Origin: Raillietiella orientalis | Lineage: Eukaryota | Reading direction: 5' to 3' | Assembly: GCA_036172245.1 (NCBI GenBank) | Contig: JAYWIR010000086.1 | Location: 248,001-300,352 of the forward strand | Length of the DNA: 52,352 bases | Shown: in pieces, positions 24,800-37,335 of the stretch | Numbering within the stretch: position 1 is the stretch's first letter | Layout: each line of letters starts with the position of its first letter | Position numbers and translations under genes: made by a program | The notes under the pieces: model-generated | The model's database searches: none | Told to the model about the DNA's origin: nothing | Seen by the model: only the letters and a program-made list of their open reading frames with translations

Positions 24800-25240
24800 T
24801 CGAGGCTTTGCTATCGACTTCCCTTGAGTAAGATTCAGCCAGCTTCATTTGGACGCTCTCTGTCTTTCTACGGGTACAACGCAGGCAAAAGGCACATTGT
24901 GTGGGAAACTGCAATCTTTCTTCATTCCTGGTTTCGTTCGAGAGCGAAGGATCCCAGCTGCTTCGTATTCTTCAGTGGAAGGGAAGAGGGCGTCCGGCGA
25001 CCGGACAAACGAAAAGGAAACGAAAGTCTCTGAAACGCTCCTCTGAGATTACGTAAATCTGAAACGGAGAGAGAAAGAAAACCACAACGGATTCGTTGCG
25101 ATCAGCAATTTTTTTGCCTTTCTTCGCGTGCACAATAATTTTGCAACACTTCAAAGACGCGATTCGTTTGCAGCCATTCTTTGCCAACTTGTTTTCCGAT
25201 TCGCAACGCAAGCAGCCCGCTGTCAAACCAATCGACAAGA
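24800..25240 (-). pseudogene. H4: histone H4 relic
   Basis: KLAKNGCKR ~ GLGKGGAKR; convergent with the H3 relic. Confidence 0.35.
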
Positions 25241-25449
25241 ACTCGCATTACCGACTCCACTATGAGTTTCCTTTCTTGAGTTTTCGACCGAGTAATTTCC
25301 ATTGTCCATACATCTCCTGAAATGTATTCATAACAGCATGAGGAACGAAGAACCTGTTCAGCAGATTTGTTCTTCCGGACATTTCTAGAGAAATATTGCA
25401 ATCGCTTTCTAGGCGTCCTACCGCAAGTCTTCGGACCTACGAGACGTGA

Positions 25450-26400
25450 ACGACGAGATAGGGGCAAGTTAGGTTCAGGCAATGAGTGCAGGGAGCCTTC
25501 TAATACTATCATTAACTGTACAGCACTGTCCAGAGCAAGTTCAAGACCAGTTTAAACGGGTTTGACCTACTGGTCAAGGACAAAGCCACATCGTCGTGTT
25601 CGATTTTCCCCTGTGAATAAGCGATGGCGGTAGCCGGCTAGGTTGGGACACTTGTGCGGGCCCACTAGTTCGTCACCTACGGTAGCTTTCAACACTTCGA
25701 AAAGCCCACCGAGTTACCACCACGAACTAACCCATCTAGCCCACTCTCAAATAGGCTAGATTCAGTTTTGAAATTGAAGACGGTCTACTCAAATCCTGTG
25801 AGGAAAAGGACCATCTCGGCGAACCTAGTCCAGCGTCCTAATCTAGCAGTGGGGTTGCGCCTCCCCTATCTCCGCCTGATCGAACACTGTCACACATCCT
25901 AGGTGGTTGCGCCCTCCCAGTTTCGGATCCTCGATGCCGTCCAAGTCATGTAACTTTTCAAGCTATCTTCATGGACCACCACATCCGTTACCGTGCCCCT
26001 GTATCCGTCGCGCCCTGTTTCGCCCTCTTCCGATGATACCTCGACCCGTCTTGGGTACCCAACAGTGAGGGTTGTAATGATCATGTTTATTTCGGCCCAG
26101 TTGAGGTTATCTGACACCTGTTGCTCCAAGTAATTCGTTAGATCTTATCGATTTAAAGAGTGTAACAGCGCCGTGTCTAAGAAGTCTCTACCTACCTGGT
26201 GGCTCTATCCTACAGTATAGCCTCACTCCTTATGGCCTTCCGCCAAGCTCAACGTCCAAAAAGGAGTTCAACTTTAGCACAGGCAGTGGTTCAATTGGGA
26301 GCAGGCGTCCGAGCAGAGTGCATGGCCGCTGGTTTCGAGCGTGGTGCCGTAGCCGTCGTCGCCGTTTCTTCTTTCCCAGTGTGAAGGAGGAGCCATCCTT
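25450..26400 (-). mobile_element. possible degraded LTR retrotransposon (protease-like) fragment
   Basis: FLDVELGGRP followed by AIL*DRAT resembles a retropepsin ALVDSGAT context; many stops. Confidence 0.2.
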
Positions 26401-26529
26401 TCGTGACAGCAGGTGCAGCATCGATTCCTGTGCTGCCCTCGCCACTCGACACTGACGAATGAACCCACCGGAGAGCACTACACTCAGCTCGACCTGACAC
26501 GACCTTTCCGAAGGTTGCCATCCTGAAAA

Positions 26530-26950
26530 AGAGTTCGAAAGCGAGTTTTTCCCGGCGGATCCTTTCGGCGAACATCCAATGGGTGCACTGTGGACTACGC
26601 ACTCGCCAGAATCGTGATCACCAGGCTCTTGGTTGTTCTTGGAGGCAACAAGGGTGGGTTCCTCCAAAAGACTGTGTGTCTCCGGGAAGCCCGTGCTCCA
26701 CGGACTGCTTCCGTGAAGAAGAAGAAATTCGACGCCAGCAGCGTCATTTCCTATTGGCGCAACTCGCGTGCGCTGCGTCGCGGAATGCGTGCACTCTCGC
26801 GGATGGTGGTGCGGGGGTTCACGCGTGCACAGGTACGATGGTCATGCGCATCCTTCACGGAAAAGGAACACGCACGCCTTCGATGGTGCGTGTGACCACC
26901 TCCGTTAGCACCGTACATCATCGTACAAACGCGGATAGACGAAACCGTGA
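26530..26950 (-). pseudogene. H2B: histone H2B relic
   Basis: RRRACSFS..RVNPRTTIRESA ~ RRKESYS..QVHPDTGISSKA; TEAVRGA ~ GEASRLA. Confidence 0.55.
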
Positions 26951-27169
26951 AGCAGCAAGCCAACCAAGGGGGTCAATTCTCTGCGAGAATCGGGAAAAAG
27001 GGAACGAGGCAAAGAGACTTTCGATGAAGGGCCCGGTTGGGTTCTTTCGCAGGTTTGTGTGCACCACTGTGCACACCACCAGGATGAACGTACAGCCGCC
27101 AAACGCGTTGCTCGTGTGCGTGCTCCGTCCGTCGTGTGACGGACACCTCTGCGCTCGGCAACCATTCTG

Positions 27170-27500
27170 GTGGCATAGCAAAGGAGATTTTCCCTGAAAC
27201 GCGTGCTGATTGTGAATTCCGTTCTCGGATCGACTCGTGGATTTCGTGGAACAGATCGCGAATCGGAACTCCGCAGTGCTGCTGAAGCCATTCCTCGTCT
27301 ACTTGGGCGTTGTTTGTGACTTCGGAACATCGTAGCAGATAGCGAATATCATCCAGATGGAATTCGGATCTCTGCGAATCGACCACCTCGGATTCGCTTT
27401 CTAAGCAAAGCGGAAAGCGATTCTCATCGCTCGCTACTTTGAAACACATCTCGTGTATTTTGCCCTAAGGGTATTCCCGAAGAAATTCCCTATTGTCGAC
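27170..27500 (+). pseudogene. H4: histone H4 relic
   Basis: EAIPRLLGRC ~ PAIRRLARRG; RIS; VY.ALR ~ VYALK. Confidence 0.55.
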
Positions 27501-27524
27501 TTGAGAACACGCTTACCTTGAGAA

Positions 27525-28430
27525 AGCAGGAAAGCGGATCGACAAGCAGAGCTGAGAATCGGTAAGATGAAGGCAATGTTCTTGAAACTGTGCAGTACTT
27601 GCGATGCAGATGGTGATTCAGGAATTGTGCATGACTTCCAGGTCGTGTACGTCCTGTTTGAAAATTGCGCTCAGCTTGCATTATTATGTCGTCCAGGATA
27701 ATGTCCTTGTGGTTGGGCAGAGAAAGCGAGGACACTCTGTCTTTTGAGGAAACTCCCCCGAAGCCCCGCAAAAGCACGTGGCTGTTCAAGAAAAAGCTCA
27801 GTGCGTCAGAGGAGGAGAGCCTAAGATTGAAAAAGAGGGATGAAGAATCCATCCGATGTGGAAGGGGGGATAAAAGGAAGATGGATGCTAAGCTGAAGAA
27901 GCAGAAAAAGGAGGAAGAAAAACAGATTGCGAAACGTAGAAAGGAGGTGGACAAGGAGGTCCAGAAGCAACACAAGCAGGATAGCGTGGAAAAGCCAAAA
28001 GTTGAGGTCGAGCAGAACACGGAAGAAGAGAGAGCTGTGAACAGCGAGATGGTTCCGAGTGAACAGGAAGGAGCTGCAGGAACCATCACCAGTGCTTTGA
28101 GGAAAGGGCATCAAGATGGTGCACACAGCAAGGCCCTGAACAAGAAAGTCCGATCACGGAAAAGCACGGCTTGCTTTTTAGTCTGCAAGCACAAGATAAG
28201 GTTGGAAGAGGTGGAATTGCCCTCCTAGGGAAGTACCCGACAAACGAACCCTGAGGCTTCGTCCAGAATGCAAAAAGGGAAGTCAACCAGGAACGTAAAT
28301 TGGGAGAAGGAATTTCTCGATCTTGCTCAGATCTACGGGTTGGGATTTCAGGAAAGCGCGGCGAACGACCCCGATATTTGGAGTGTAGCAGTCGATTCAC
28401 CGGAAATCACACCCTGTCGAGGAAATGGAG
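27525..28430 (-). pseudogene. H3: histone H3 relic interrupted by about 0.5 kb (27710-28200)
   Basis: GRSPR..EIPTR and TKPQ in the 5-prime part; AQ.FKQDV ~ AQDFKTDL and QLCLSIR ~ QLARRIR in the 3-prime part. Confidence 0.45.
27701..28228 (+). CDS. possible Lys/Glu-rich ORF or exon of unknown function
   Basis: About 175 open codons with charged coiled-coil-like composition (KKQKKEEEKQIAKRRKEVDKE); no recognised domain. Confidence 0.3.
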   Translation: MSLWLGRESEDTLSFEETPPKPRKSTWLFKKKLSASEEESLRLKKRDEESIRCGRGDKRKMDAKLKKQKKEEEKQIAKRRKEVDKEVQKQHKQDSVEKPKVEVEQNTEEERAVNSEMVPSEQEGAAGTITSALRKGHQDGAHSKALNKKVRSRKSTACFLVCKHKIRLEEVELPS

Positions 28431-28741
28431 ACATCGGCAGAGGAGACGTTTTCGAACCCCTAAGAGAAAGACCGTCTGCAGATGCATTCTTCATCAGTCG
28501 AGGCGTGCAGTGCAGTGCAGTGCGGAATCGTTCCATCAGTCCGCAGAAGGTTGGTCAAATCGGTTCGGGTTTGCCTTTCTCCAGGGCATTTTTCACGGAT
28601 GCGGAAATTCCATGTCCCGCGTGTCGCTCATTCGAACCCGTTGACCCATGGAAGGTGTTGTTTCTTTCCATTGCACAGAAAAAGTGGAAAACGTATTTCA
28701 AGGCATTGGAATCCATCGTGGGACGATTTGAAAATGCAGCT

Positions 28742-29050
28742 ATGAAGCTGGAGGCTGCTTCAAGAACGGCTGCTCAGCCTGGAGAGAAAGAGTCCCAGAA
28801 CTTCGGTGATTTCCTCTGAGTGCTTGCCTTCTACTTCCAGAAAAGTGAGAACGTGTACATCCGTCCTCCTAGAAGTTGCCCAACCCACACATTCGCATAA
28901 ACGTTTCGATCAGTGGGGTTCGAGGACAAGTTCGTGTTGTTGCGGAGTTGTTCGCCCCAGCATTCGTTGGCTTCCTTCCGTCACCAGCAAGTGCGAGGCA
29001 TGTGGGTAGCAGCTCGGGTTTCCGGAATGGGAAACTGTGTTTAAAATTTT
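28742..29050 (+). pseudogene. H1: histone H1 relic
   Basis: MKLEAASRTAAQPGEK N-terminus; VHPSS.EV ~ HPPYSEM; QWGSR ~ RGGSS. Confidence 0.4.
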
Positions 29051-29559
29051 TGCAATTTTGATTCATCGTATCTCTTTTTAGAGAAGGACGCGGATTGGCT
29101 GCTGGACTTTGACCAAATTCGTTGGGGTCTTTGGCAGTGTTCCACATCCGGTCGAGGAGCATCTCGGAGTAAGTTCGGCTGCAGGCGCTGCTGGTGGTGA
29201 AAGCATTCGGTAAGAGCTCGGTATTTTGTAAGAACCATCGTTCGGCGTTGACTTCTGGGAGTTCCCAAAAAGGTTAGAACAAGTGCTTAGGAGCAACTTT
29301 CTTCTCCTTTCCAGAATCCAGCTAGAATTTCTCCATGTGGTTGCAAGAAACCTGACCACCGTACGGTGCTCACACTACCGGAGCCCCTCTCGGAATATCT
29401 TCGACAGATCGAGGCATTCAAAGAGTGCAACACTGCATGTGCGACCTACGCTCATCTTTGCGTCGTCAGCGAGAGCGTTGCGGACCTCGCCTTGCTGACG
29501 AGGGTAAGTTGAAGGGCGCGGAAGTGGAAAGTATCCTTTGCCTGGAGCGCGGATCCTGC

Positions 29560-29990
29560 AACAACTGGCAAGCATACGATGGACGTGGCGCAGTTGCTTG
29601 CTGTTCGCGTCCTCGAGGAATCCAAAGCAGAGTAACTGTTTGGGACAGAGGGGAAACGAAAATGCTGCTTGTTGTTCTCAGGGATGTGGCGTGGGTCGAT
29701 TCGTGGATGAGATCTTATCGGACCAGCACGCATTTGTGCGAACACATCACCCAACAGGTGTGAGCTGGAACGCTGAGGGCGGTAGAGTTCACGAGCACCT
29801 GACGGCACCCCCACTGGGACCCATGACGAACTGTTCCTACCCTTCCAGAGTCATATCAGCTTCCAAGCCGCATTCCATTCCGATTGCAATCCGAGCAAAG
29901 CAGTAGGAAGAGGTGGGATTTTCGCTGCTTCTCGAGTTCTTTTACTGTGGCTCGCTAGGCTTCGGGCATGTGACGGATAAGAGAGAAGCA
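29560..29990 (-). pseudogene. H2A: histone H2A relic
   Basis: GVPSGA ~ RVGAGA; HPRIDPRHI ~ KTRIIPRHL. Confidence 0.6.
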
Positions 29991-30649
29991 GTGAACTCAG
30001 CAGTATCACCTGAAGAAGCAGGATACAAAGTGCATGGGGCGATAACATGACACGAGCAATCCTTTTCCTTAATGCCACTTTTGCCTTTTGTTTTCCGTTC
30101 TGTCGCGAAGTTTCCATTTCGCACGCACGAACGTTTACACCCCCCGTTGAGTGCCCATCCTCGTGGCAAATCCGATGGACTCGCAATGATTCCTGTGCTT
30201 TTCTTTCCCGTTGATCCGATCAAGAAATCTTTCTTGCACTCCAGTGCCCGGAGAGTGCATACACACACCAAACGTCGACCGTTTCCTCGAGAAGAGAGTA
30301 CGACAATTTCGCTGTTATTTGAGCTTTCTATCTTGAGGGGAATTGCTTTCTCATTCTCTCTCAGCAGCAACAAAAAATGAAGAAGCATTCGAAGGGAAAT
30401 CCACAGAGCCAGCAAAAGGTGGTGCCTCCGAATTGCAGAGGTGGTGCAAGCATTACCGTTTGCACTTTTGCAAAATGCATTGCAAGGCTAAAAACACCAA
30501 CACTTTATCGATCCCGCTGAAAGGGAGAAAGAGGAAAGTTGGTCGCTGGTGCCTACTACACACGGTGTGTACAAGATAAAGCCCCGGCAAAGGGCGGTCC
30601 CACCGAAACACAAAAAAGGCACATCGCGAGCTCCGTACTGACGTCATCT

Positions 30650-30990
30650 CATCCTTCAGCATCGCACTTCCCTCACACTCCCGTGGGGATTTCGAGACTT
30701 TGTCATCCCGAGTCTATCACCTCTGAAAGAGGGCTGGATGGCGGACGCGCTCCGAGTTTCCAGTTCTGCCCGCGTCAGCGAGCCACCTTCCGCACTGGAA
30801 CACCCTTCACGCGAAGTGTTGACGCTGACGTCACTCTCACTTCAGTCTGTGGTCAACGTGTCGAAAAGGCATGGTCTCGTCTGTCAGGGTGTTTTCCGCC
30901 TTTCGTTCGCTTCCCGTCCTCGTGACCTCCGAATTTCCATTGCCACACTCTCCACGCGGACAACGTCCTTCGTGGCTATTGCGAATGTCA
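30650..30990 (-). pseudogene. H2B: histone H2B relic
   Basis: SVNT..VKGV..AEGGSLT ~ SIMNSFVNDI..AEASRLA; RSASAI ~ KRSTI. Confidence 0.4.
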
Positions 30991-31919
30991 GCACTCAGAG
31001 TGACACCGCCATCCGCAAACGTGGGACTTTATCCGAATGTCCCTTTGCACGATTGGAGTCACCAATTTGGGAAGAATTCAGATAATTCTTTGCTATCATG
31101 TTGGCATAATTCGCAGAAATGGAACTTTCTGGTTTTGCCTCCACAATCGTGTTAGGAAACGATTCAGAGTACCTGAAATGAGAGTACCATTGAGGTGACC
31201 TTGCACTTTGCAAGTAGGTGGTTCGATAGGTACTGAGCTGAATCGGCAAACATTCCGTAGAAAGGAAGCAAGCAGTTCGTGCACTCTTCTTCCAGGTGTG
31301 CACGGACACGTTGTCCTGACAGCTTCAAGAACACAGTTCACCCATGGAAAACCTGCTCCAAACTGGAGCGTCAGATTTCGTTTTGCATGAATTTGCCTTG
31401 CAGCAATTGCAGATGTTTTCCATGGGGCGGCCGCAGAATGTTTTACTGAGGGAGGCGTGTACGTCGCCCCAGAGCCGATGGAAGTGGAGGCAACCTCACC
31501 CACAGAATCGTCCTTCGCGGCCCGGTGGGCATGATTTCCGTGGCTGCGGCGCAGGAGCCTGCGGTCGCAGCTGAAATGAAGTCCCACCTGGTAGCGGGGT
31601 ACAACCCACCCCTGTTATACACGGTAGGCAATCTCCATTTTCTTGACAGGTTTTTCGAAAGCGCTGAGCTCTATGAACGTCTCGCAGGAGAAGCAGGTCG
31701 CGATGACCATCAGGCGCGGCGGACAGTACGTGGAGGTCATTTTCAGGGGAGCAAGTCTCGTACAGCGTCTGCTCCGCACCCATGATCCCATGGGCAATCG
31801 TCGGTTCCTCCCCATCACGGAGGACTATGCGGCTTACTGCACTGGGGCTGCACGCGCTTCTGGTCAGCTCCCGTGAGCAAAGCCATGGAAGAAGTTTTAC
31901 TGTGTGGAAGGACGGCTGT

Positions 31920-32290
31920 TGGAGGTCAGAAATGCCTGAAAACGCCGCAATATCTGCGAAAAGAGACCTGCAAGACACGTCTCTCCAGCCTTTGGAGGTG
32001 GGGACATGCTCAATTACAAAATCGACCCTTGTCGCCCGGCGAGGGCATGGGATAAGGTGGCTGAGACCGCTACGCAGAAATACAAAGCTACATTAGGGAG
32101 GACTACAAACTGGCCATCCTGTATGAGGTAGGAAATTTATACTCTCCTCTTGCAACGAAGAAGTTTGGCAATGCCATCCGAAGGATGGGCCTTAAAGATG
32201 AGATTGTGCGGATGAGCGGCGTGCAGTATGCAGAGCTCATCTGCAGAGATGCAGTGCTCACGCACAAGCTGCTCTGCACGCCCGTTCCAT
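31920..32290 (-). pseudogene. H4: histone H4 relic nested inside retrotransposon ORF1
   Basis: IFK..ILRMA ~ ITKPAIRRLA; RG.V*ISYLI ~ RGGVKRISGLI; VFLRS ~ VFLEN. Confidence 0.55.
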
Positions 32291-32373
32291 TTGAGGACTC
32301 AATCTTCTTCCGAGAGCGGTGGATCGCTCTATAGTGATCCACCTAAAAGGCACAACGGTGCGGATGGCCGACG

Positions 32374-32552
32374 ATACCACCCGGGTACGCCGGGACGTTT
32401 ATTCAAACTTTTCCAAAGGTCAGTACAATACGTGGTACAAGGCCCCACTAACGGGCAACATTTCGCCGGACCTGCCGGGACGCCGGGACGCTGACCAGCG
32501 TGATTCTCCTCGGCAGTGGAAGGGGAAGAGGGAAAAAACAAAAAGAAAAATG
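32374..32552 (-). mobile_element. 3-prime UTR fragment of the Tx1-like family
   Basis: Homologous to 35512-35700 and 44167-44360: T-rich tract, stem-loop, AATAAA, terminal CCGGGTGG. Confidence 0.85.
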
Positions 32553-34924
32553 AAACACTAACCGAAAAGATGGCCGACGAGGACATCCGTGCTGAACTAT
32601 GCAAACACGAGGAAATTAACGCGATGTATCGTAAGCCTTTGGTATCCGAGGCGCATTTAGTAGGCGAGTCGCCGCACGCGGGAGATTGCGTGAAAACATA
32701 GAACTTCTCCACAAAATCATTGTGAACGACGAATATGTTGACGTTTGGCCTTTGTGGGGAAGCAGAAGTTCTGCGGGCACTGTAAGACTTTCGGGCATCT
32801 ACGAAAGAGATGTCCAGAGGCAACCTGCCCTACGGGCGGCGAAAAGGGCCACACTAGGGTCGTGTGCCCAAAGAACGTAGCTCCACCGCCCGAAATACCG
32901 GTGGAAAATAAGGGAGAGAAAGCGGCAGCAATAAAAAACAAAGGATCAACTGGCAGCTAAGAAAGCAGTCGTTCATCGAATATGGAATCGGAAAAAGTGA
33001 TTCCTCAAAAGGCAGTCGAAGAGGAATGCTGGCAGTTGGCGTCACACAAGAAAAAAACTCCCCAAATTAAAGTAAATCATAACGCGAAAATCCCTCAAAA
33101 TTCCGCGAACGGTAAAAAGAAAATTCCGCCGCGCGAAGTAATTAAGGAATGTCGCGTTACGATCGAGCGCGTGCCGTCGATGGCAACGCGAGTTACGGTC
33201 GACGGTTCGACGAGGCGTAAGGCAGGGTGACAGCCTCAGCCCGCTGCCATTTAGCATCTACTTCGAGTTGGTGCTGAGGGCATGCAGGGAGACTCTGGCA
33301 ACCCTGCCGAGCTCGTGTGCCAGCACGCCTGCCGCGTCGGCCTATGCCGACGACCCTCTGCTCCTTCTCCCAGGGTCCACCCGGCATCATCGCTCGAAGA
33401 CTGCTTTGAGCCACCGCGCCGAGGGACGGGCCTGGAGGTAAACAGGGAGAAATCGTCATTACTTCAAACGAACACAACGTGGGGCGGCCGGCCGGACTGG
33501 ATCTGCTTGGGGATCCCCACGGACGGGTACTTCAAGTACCTTGGCGTTTCATTGGGGAACTTCTGCGCTGCAGAAGCCTGGTCAGACCTCTCCAAAGGGT
33601 GGAGTTGGCGATCGGCCCGTTCCGGGACGGCAAGTTTTACCTGCAGGAACGGGCCGCGCTTTGGAACGCTTTCGCTGCCCCACTCCTTCGCCCCCTGCTT
33701 TTTGTGTGCCCACCTCCTCCCCAAATCAGGACACGGACAAGAGGCCTCATCAGGAAAGCCCTTTGGGGCAACCGGAGGCCCCGCGTCCGACTCAAAGAAT
33801 TGTGCGCTCAACGCAGGGACGGTGGACTTGGTCTCCTGACGTTGGAGCTCGTGGAGCTACAGCTCGAAATCCACAAACTCGCTCTGGTGGCGAGATATTG
33901 GACTGCGCCATGGCGTGCACCCACACGACTCCTTGCCCTTAGGGCAACCGCCTACTACGGATTGTATTCGGTCCTGGTGGCTAACGACCGCAGTCTGAAC
34001 CAAGGTGGGTTTCAGCTGCGGGACTTGGTTTTCCTGGTGAGAAAAAATCCGTGGATCTCCTGCGTCCTCGCGGACTGGACTACGTGGCTCCAGAAGTCCG
34101 TTTCCTCGTGGGCTAAAATCAACGGCTCCAGCGATGTGGAATTCTCCTGCCTCCGTCAAGGCAGGAACGCTGGCAAGCCCCTGTGGGAGATCGCTATCAA
34201 CCTGCAGAAACTTCTGTGGGCTTCTTTCAGCCCCCTTGCCGTCGTGCTGCCCTCCCTGGGTGACGCTAAGGACAGCAAAGAGGAGGCAATGTGGGAAGGG
34301 TCCTGCCTCATCGGAGGCAGGCAAAAACTATTGAAGGCGTGGACATCTCGGGAATTAGCGGACGCTGCAACGCCGAGTGTCTCGCCGAATGGAACTGTGC
34401 ACTGGGGTGAGCTGCTCGACATGCGTCCGGAGAAGGTGAAGTAGCCCCCAGCGTCTTGGAACAACGGCACCCTTCCCCTGTAGTGACAGCAGACGGCATT
34501 TCTTCTGCTCCATTCGGGACTATTCAGCAGAGCACGCCTGTCTCACTGGACATCGGGGAGTGCGGATGCCCACTGTGCAGAGTGCGGGGAAAGGGAAACC
34601 TTCTCCCACTTAATCATCGAGTGTGTTGCCCTCCGTCAGATGTGGGATCGACTCTCGTCGATCCAGAACATTCCGGGGGGCGACCCCAAGAACATGTTTC
34701 GACGACTCCTGATGCAGGACGCCATGCCAGCCTCCGGGTGTATAGCAGTGCTCTGTTGCATACGCGGAATCCTGGATAAGTGTACCGCGTCAAGGAGAGT
34801 CCGCAGGAGTCGGAATGCCACCCACTGGGCAGTCATCTCTATCGAGAAGGCTGGCCGTTGGCGCCGACTGAGTAACACTCTGCCGGCACCAGTTCGCATC
34901 CAAAACCGCATGCAGAGGCCTCTT

Positions 34925-35399
34925 ACCCTGCAGGCTGGTTGCTGACATGGCTTGCCCTGAGGGCAGAGACGCACGAGGAAGCAGACGCAATGACGCGAAG
35001 AGAAATTCGACAGGACCACGCGTGTTCCGCCTGCGCGCGCGCTGACCGTCTGTTTGTCCGCGATGCGGCGCTCCAGTGCAGGCATCTCCAGACCGTTGGA
35101 GCCTCCCTACGACTGTTGAGACGAGGGAAGAGATGCTGAACATCCAAGACTGAAAGCAGCAGCTGCTCGTCTCTATTGTTTTCTTCCTCTTCCTGCGTTT
35201 CCCACTTCGCAGCCGAGACCAAGTTCAACAGAAAGAGTTCTTTCTCGCAGTTGGTCTCTCTTTTCGGAACACAAAGGACGTCCGCAGGAGTCCTTGGTCT
35301 TCTGTACAGACGGAACCCACAGCTCCTGGGAGGCGTGTCTGAGAATCCTTCAGCGTGCTGAGGACAAAGGCATCCGTTTCCCCTCGCCTGATTGGTCAT
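34925..35399 (-). pseudogene. H4: histone H4 relic
   Basis: ATG ACC start; LERRIAD ~ LENVIRD; AEHA ~ TEHA; VSALR ~ VYALK. Confidence 0.6.
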
Positions 35400-35511
35400 G
35401 CAATTGTCTGCTCTACGAAGGGCTAGGGCGCTCTCTGGCGAGTAAGGGTGATTCCGGAAGGTTACTGGGGTAAAGCGCCGAAACCTGGTTTTGCCTGAGG
35501 GTTCACTGACG

Positions 35512-36770
35512 TTTCCACCCGGTCAAGCCGTGGCTTTTATTTAAAAACTTTCGGTCAGTACGGAACGTGGTACAGGGCCGCACTAACGGCCACGCGACAC
35601 CGGAGCTTCCGGGACGCCGGGACGCAGCCCGGCGTGGCACTCCTCGGCAGAGCACGGGGATGGGGCAGAAAACAAAAATAAAAATAAAATTGAGAGAGAC
35701 AAACAAACAAAAAGAGTTTGGAGGACCGGGAAGGGATCACATTCCACTACGGGGAGGGCCCATCCGTCGAAGGATGCCCTCGAGGTCCTCCTTCATTCCA
35801 CCCAACCGGGGCCCTCCGGTAGCTCCATGCAGGAAGAGAGCAGAATACGGGATGACGTCCGTCACGTTCGAGTCTCCATCTTCGGCTTCACTCCAGGCCG
35901 CCGCAATACCTCGAACCCAGCACAGTGCTGCCAGGGCCGCGGCTGGCTGCAGGGCGTCCCGCACGAAGAGGAGCCGGAAAACGTCAATGGGCGAGCTGCC
36001 CATAGGGAGGCCGAGAGTCGTCCGCAACCGTTCCCAAACGGATTGGAGGGAAGCGCAACAAACAATGAGGTGGGGGAGCCATTCCCGCTACCCAGAACTG
36101 GTACACGCAGGATCCAGAGCACCCCTTGTCCAGTGGAAGCGGCCTGCGCTGCAGGGTGAACCCCAGTGCAAAAGTAGCAACGCCGATTCTTGCCAATTAA
36201 GGTGCAGCATCCTGGATACAATCATTTCTGGGGGCTACCACACCTCATCCAACGGAATGACGAGCAGGTCGCCCCATCTCGGAAGTCCACTCGGCTGGAC
36301 GGTCGGGGTTGTGGCGTCAGCCAGTTCTCCCATGGTCCAGCCGTTGATGATATTCTCCCTGCCTGCAATCCGGCAGGAGACTTGCCACCTCGGCGTTCGG
36401 CTGCCGTGAAGCGCCCACCACAGGAAGGGCATCACCGTGGAAAGGAGGGTCGCCTCCGCCCAGTTGCAACTCGTAGGAAACAGCAGTATTTCCCGCAGAG
36501 TGCGGCGGGCGAATGTGCCAGTACCAAGACAGTTCCTCGCTTCGTAACTCCTCGGGTTGAGCTTTGCCCAGGTGCCAGCAGTCTCCCCCGACCAGGCGGA
36601 GGAGTTGTGGAGTGAGAGCACTCATCGGACAGGGTCGTCGCCCGAGCATTGCTTTCGATGCTTAAAGTGGAGGCGAGGCGGAAGAGGGAAGCCAAGCAGA
36701 CCACCGAGCTCTCATGCTCGAACGTCGCCAACCCGGACGCCCCACTGGCACAATAGCACGACGGCTCCTT
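35512..36770 (-). mobile_element. 5-prime truncated Tx1-like element (ORF2 C-terminus plus 3-prime UTR)
   Basis: GWTMGELADATTPTVQPSGLPRWGDLL shared with the other copies; zinc-knuckle remnant; conserved 3-prime end. Confidence 0.85.
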
Positions 36771-36771
36771 T

Positions 36772-37122
36772 ATGTCAGCAAGTGGAAAGGCATAAAAGAA
36801 GAATGGTGATACCTGAAAACCATCGCGAAAAGAGACCTGAAGAAGAGGCGGAAGGCGAACGACAGTTATGGGATCCACATGCGCAAAGAGTTGAGGCACG
36901 TGCACTCGATCACGAGTTTCTCTGGCAGCGCTGTGTACACTATGAGCAGCTTCGTGAACGATGTCTTCGATCGCATCGCTGTACAAGCGCCCCGCTTGTC
37001 CCAATACACGCGACCATCACCAGCCAGGATGTGTAGAGAGCAGTGCGCCTACTGCTACCGGGCGAGTGGGCCAAGCGGTCCGTTTCGGAAGACACGAAAG
37101 CCGTGACACCAGCTCCAAATGA
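36772..37122 (+). pseudogene. H2B: histone H2B pseudogene (best preserved relic)
   Basis: KKRRKANDSYGIHMRKELRHVH..MSSFVNDVFDRIAVQAPRLSQY..TITSQDV*RAVRLLLPGEWAK..TKAVT/TSSK*; stops and frameshifts. Confidence 0.92.
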
Positions 37123-37149
37123 ACACCTTGCGATGGCCGTCGCCCGATG

Positions 37150-37335
37150 AGCTTGCTCTGAGAAAACAACAACCTGCCTTTTGGAATGGGAAAGATTTTA
37201 TTTCCATCTTCCCCGGGGACACCTCCCCCTTGGTGCCCCAGGGGGTACACAGACAGCGGCTATTGCAGCACGCCTATCGCCGAGTATTCCCTGACAAGAG
37301 CCAGAGGACGCTTCGCATCCGCGTTCCAATAAAAG
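37150..37335. repeat. post-H2B spacer repeat; homologous to 40340-40470 plus 41677-41735
   Basis: GGGACACCTCCCCCTTGGTGCCCCAGGGGGT..CAGACAGCGGCTAT.GCAGCACGCCTATCGCC shared with 40.4 kb; TTCCCTGACAA..CCAGAGGACGCTTCGCATCCG shared with 41.7 kb. Confidence 0.9.

Larger units (their letters stand above)
31500..34860 (+). mobile_element. decayed L1/Tx1-type non-LTR retrotransposon, internally deleted
   Basis: ORF1 relics 31525-31876 and 32560-33180 with CCHC knuckles CGHCKTFGHLRKRC and CPTGGEKGHTRVVC; ORF2 GVRQGDSLSP (33214), YADD (33343-33354), GLEVNREKS, FKYLGV, GGLGL and C-terminal CAECGERETFSHLIIEC; APE and early RT not seen. Confidence 0.88.

Noticed and set aside
37195..37280. HDV-like ribozyme (ACC-TCCCCCTT-GGT resembles P3/L3)
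   Set aside because: No separate P1, P2 and P4 pairing can be built; a simple hairpin explains it
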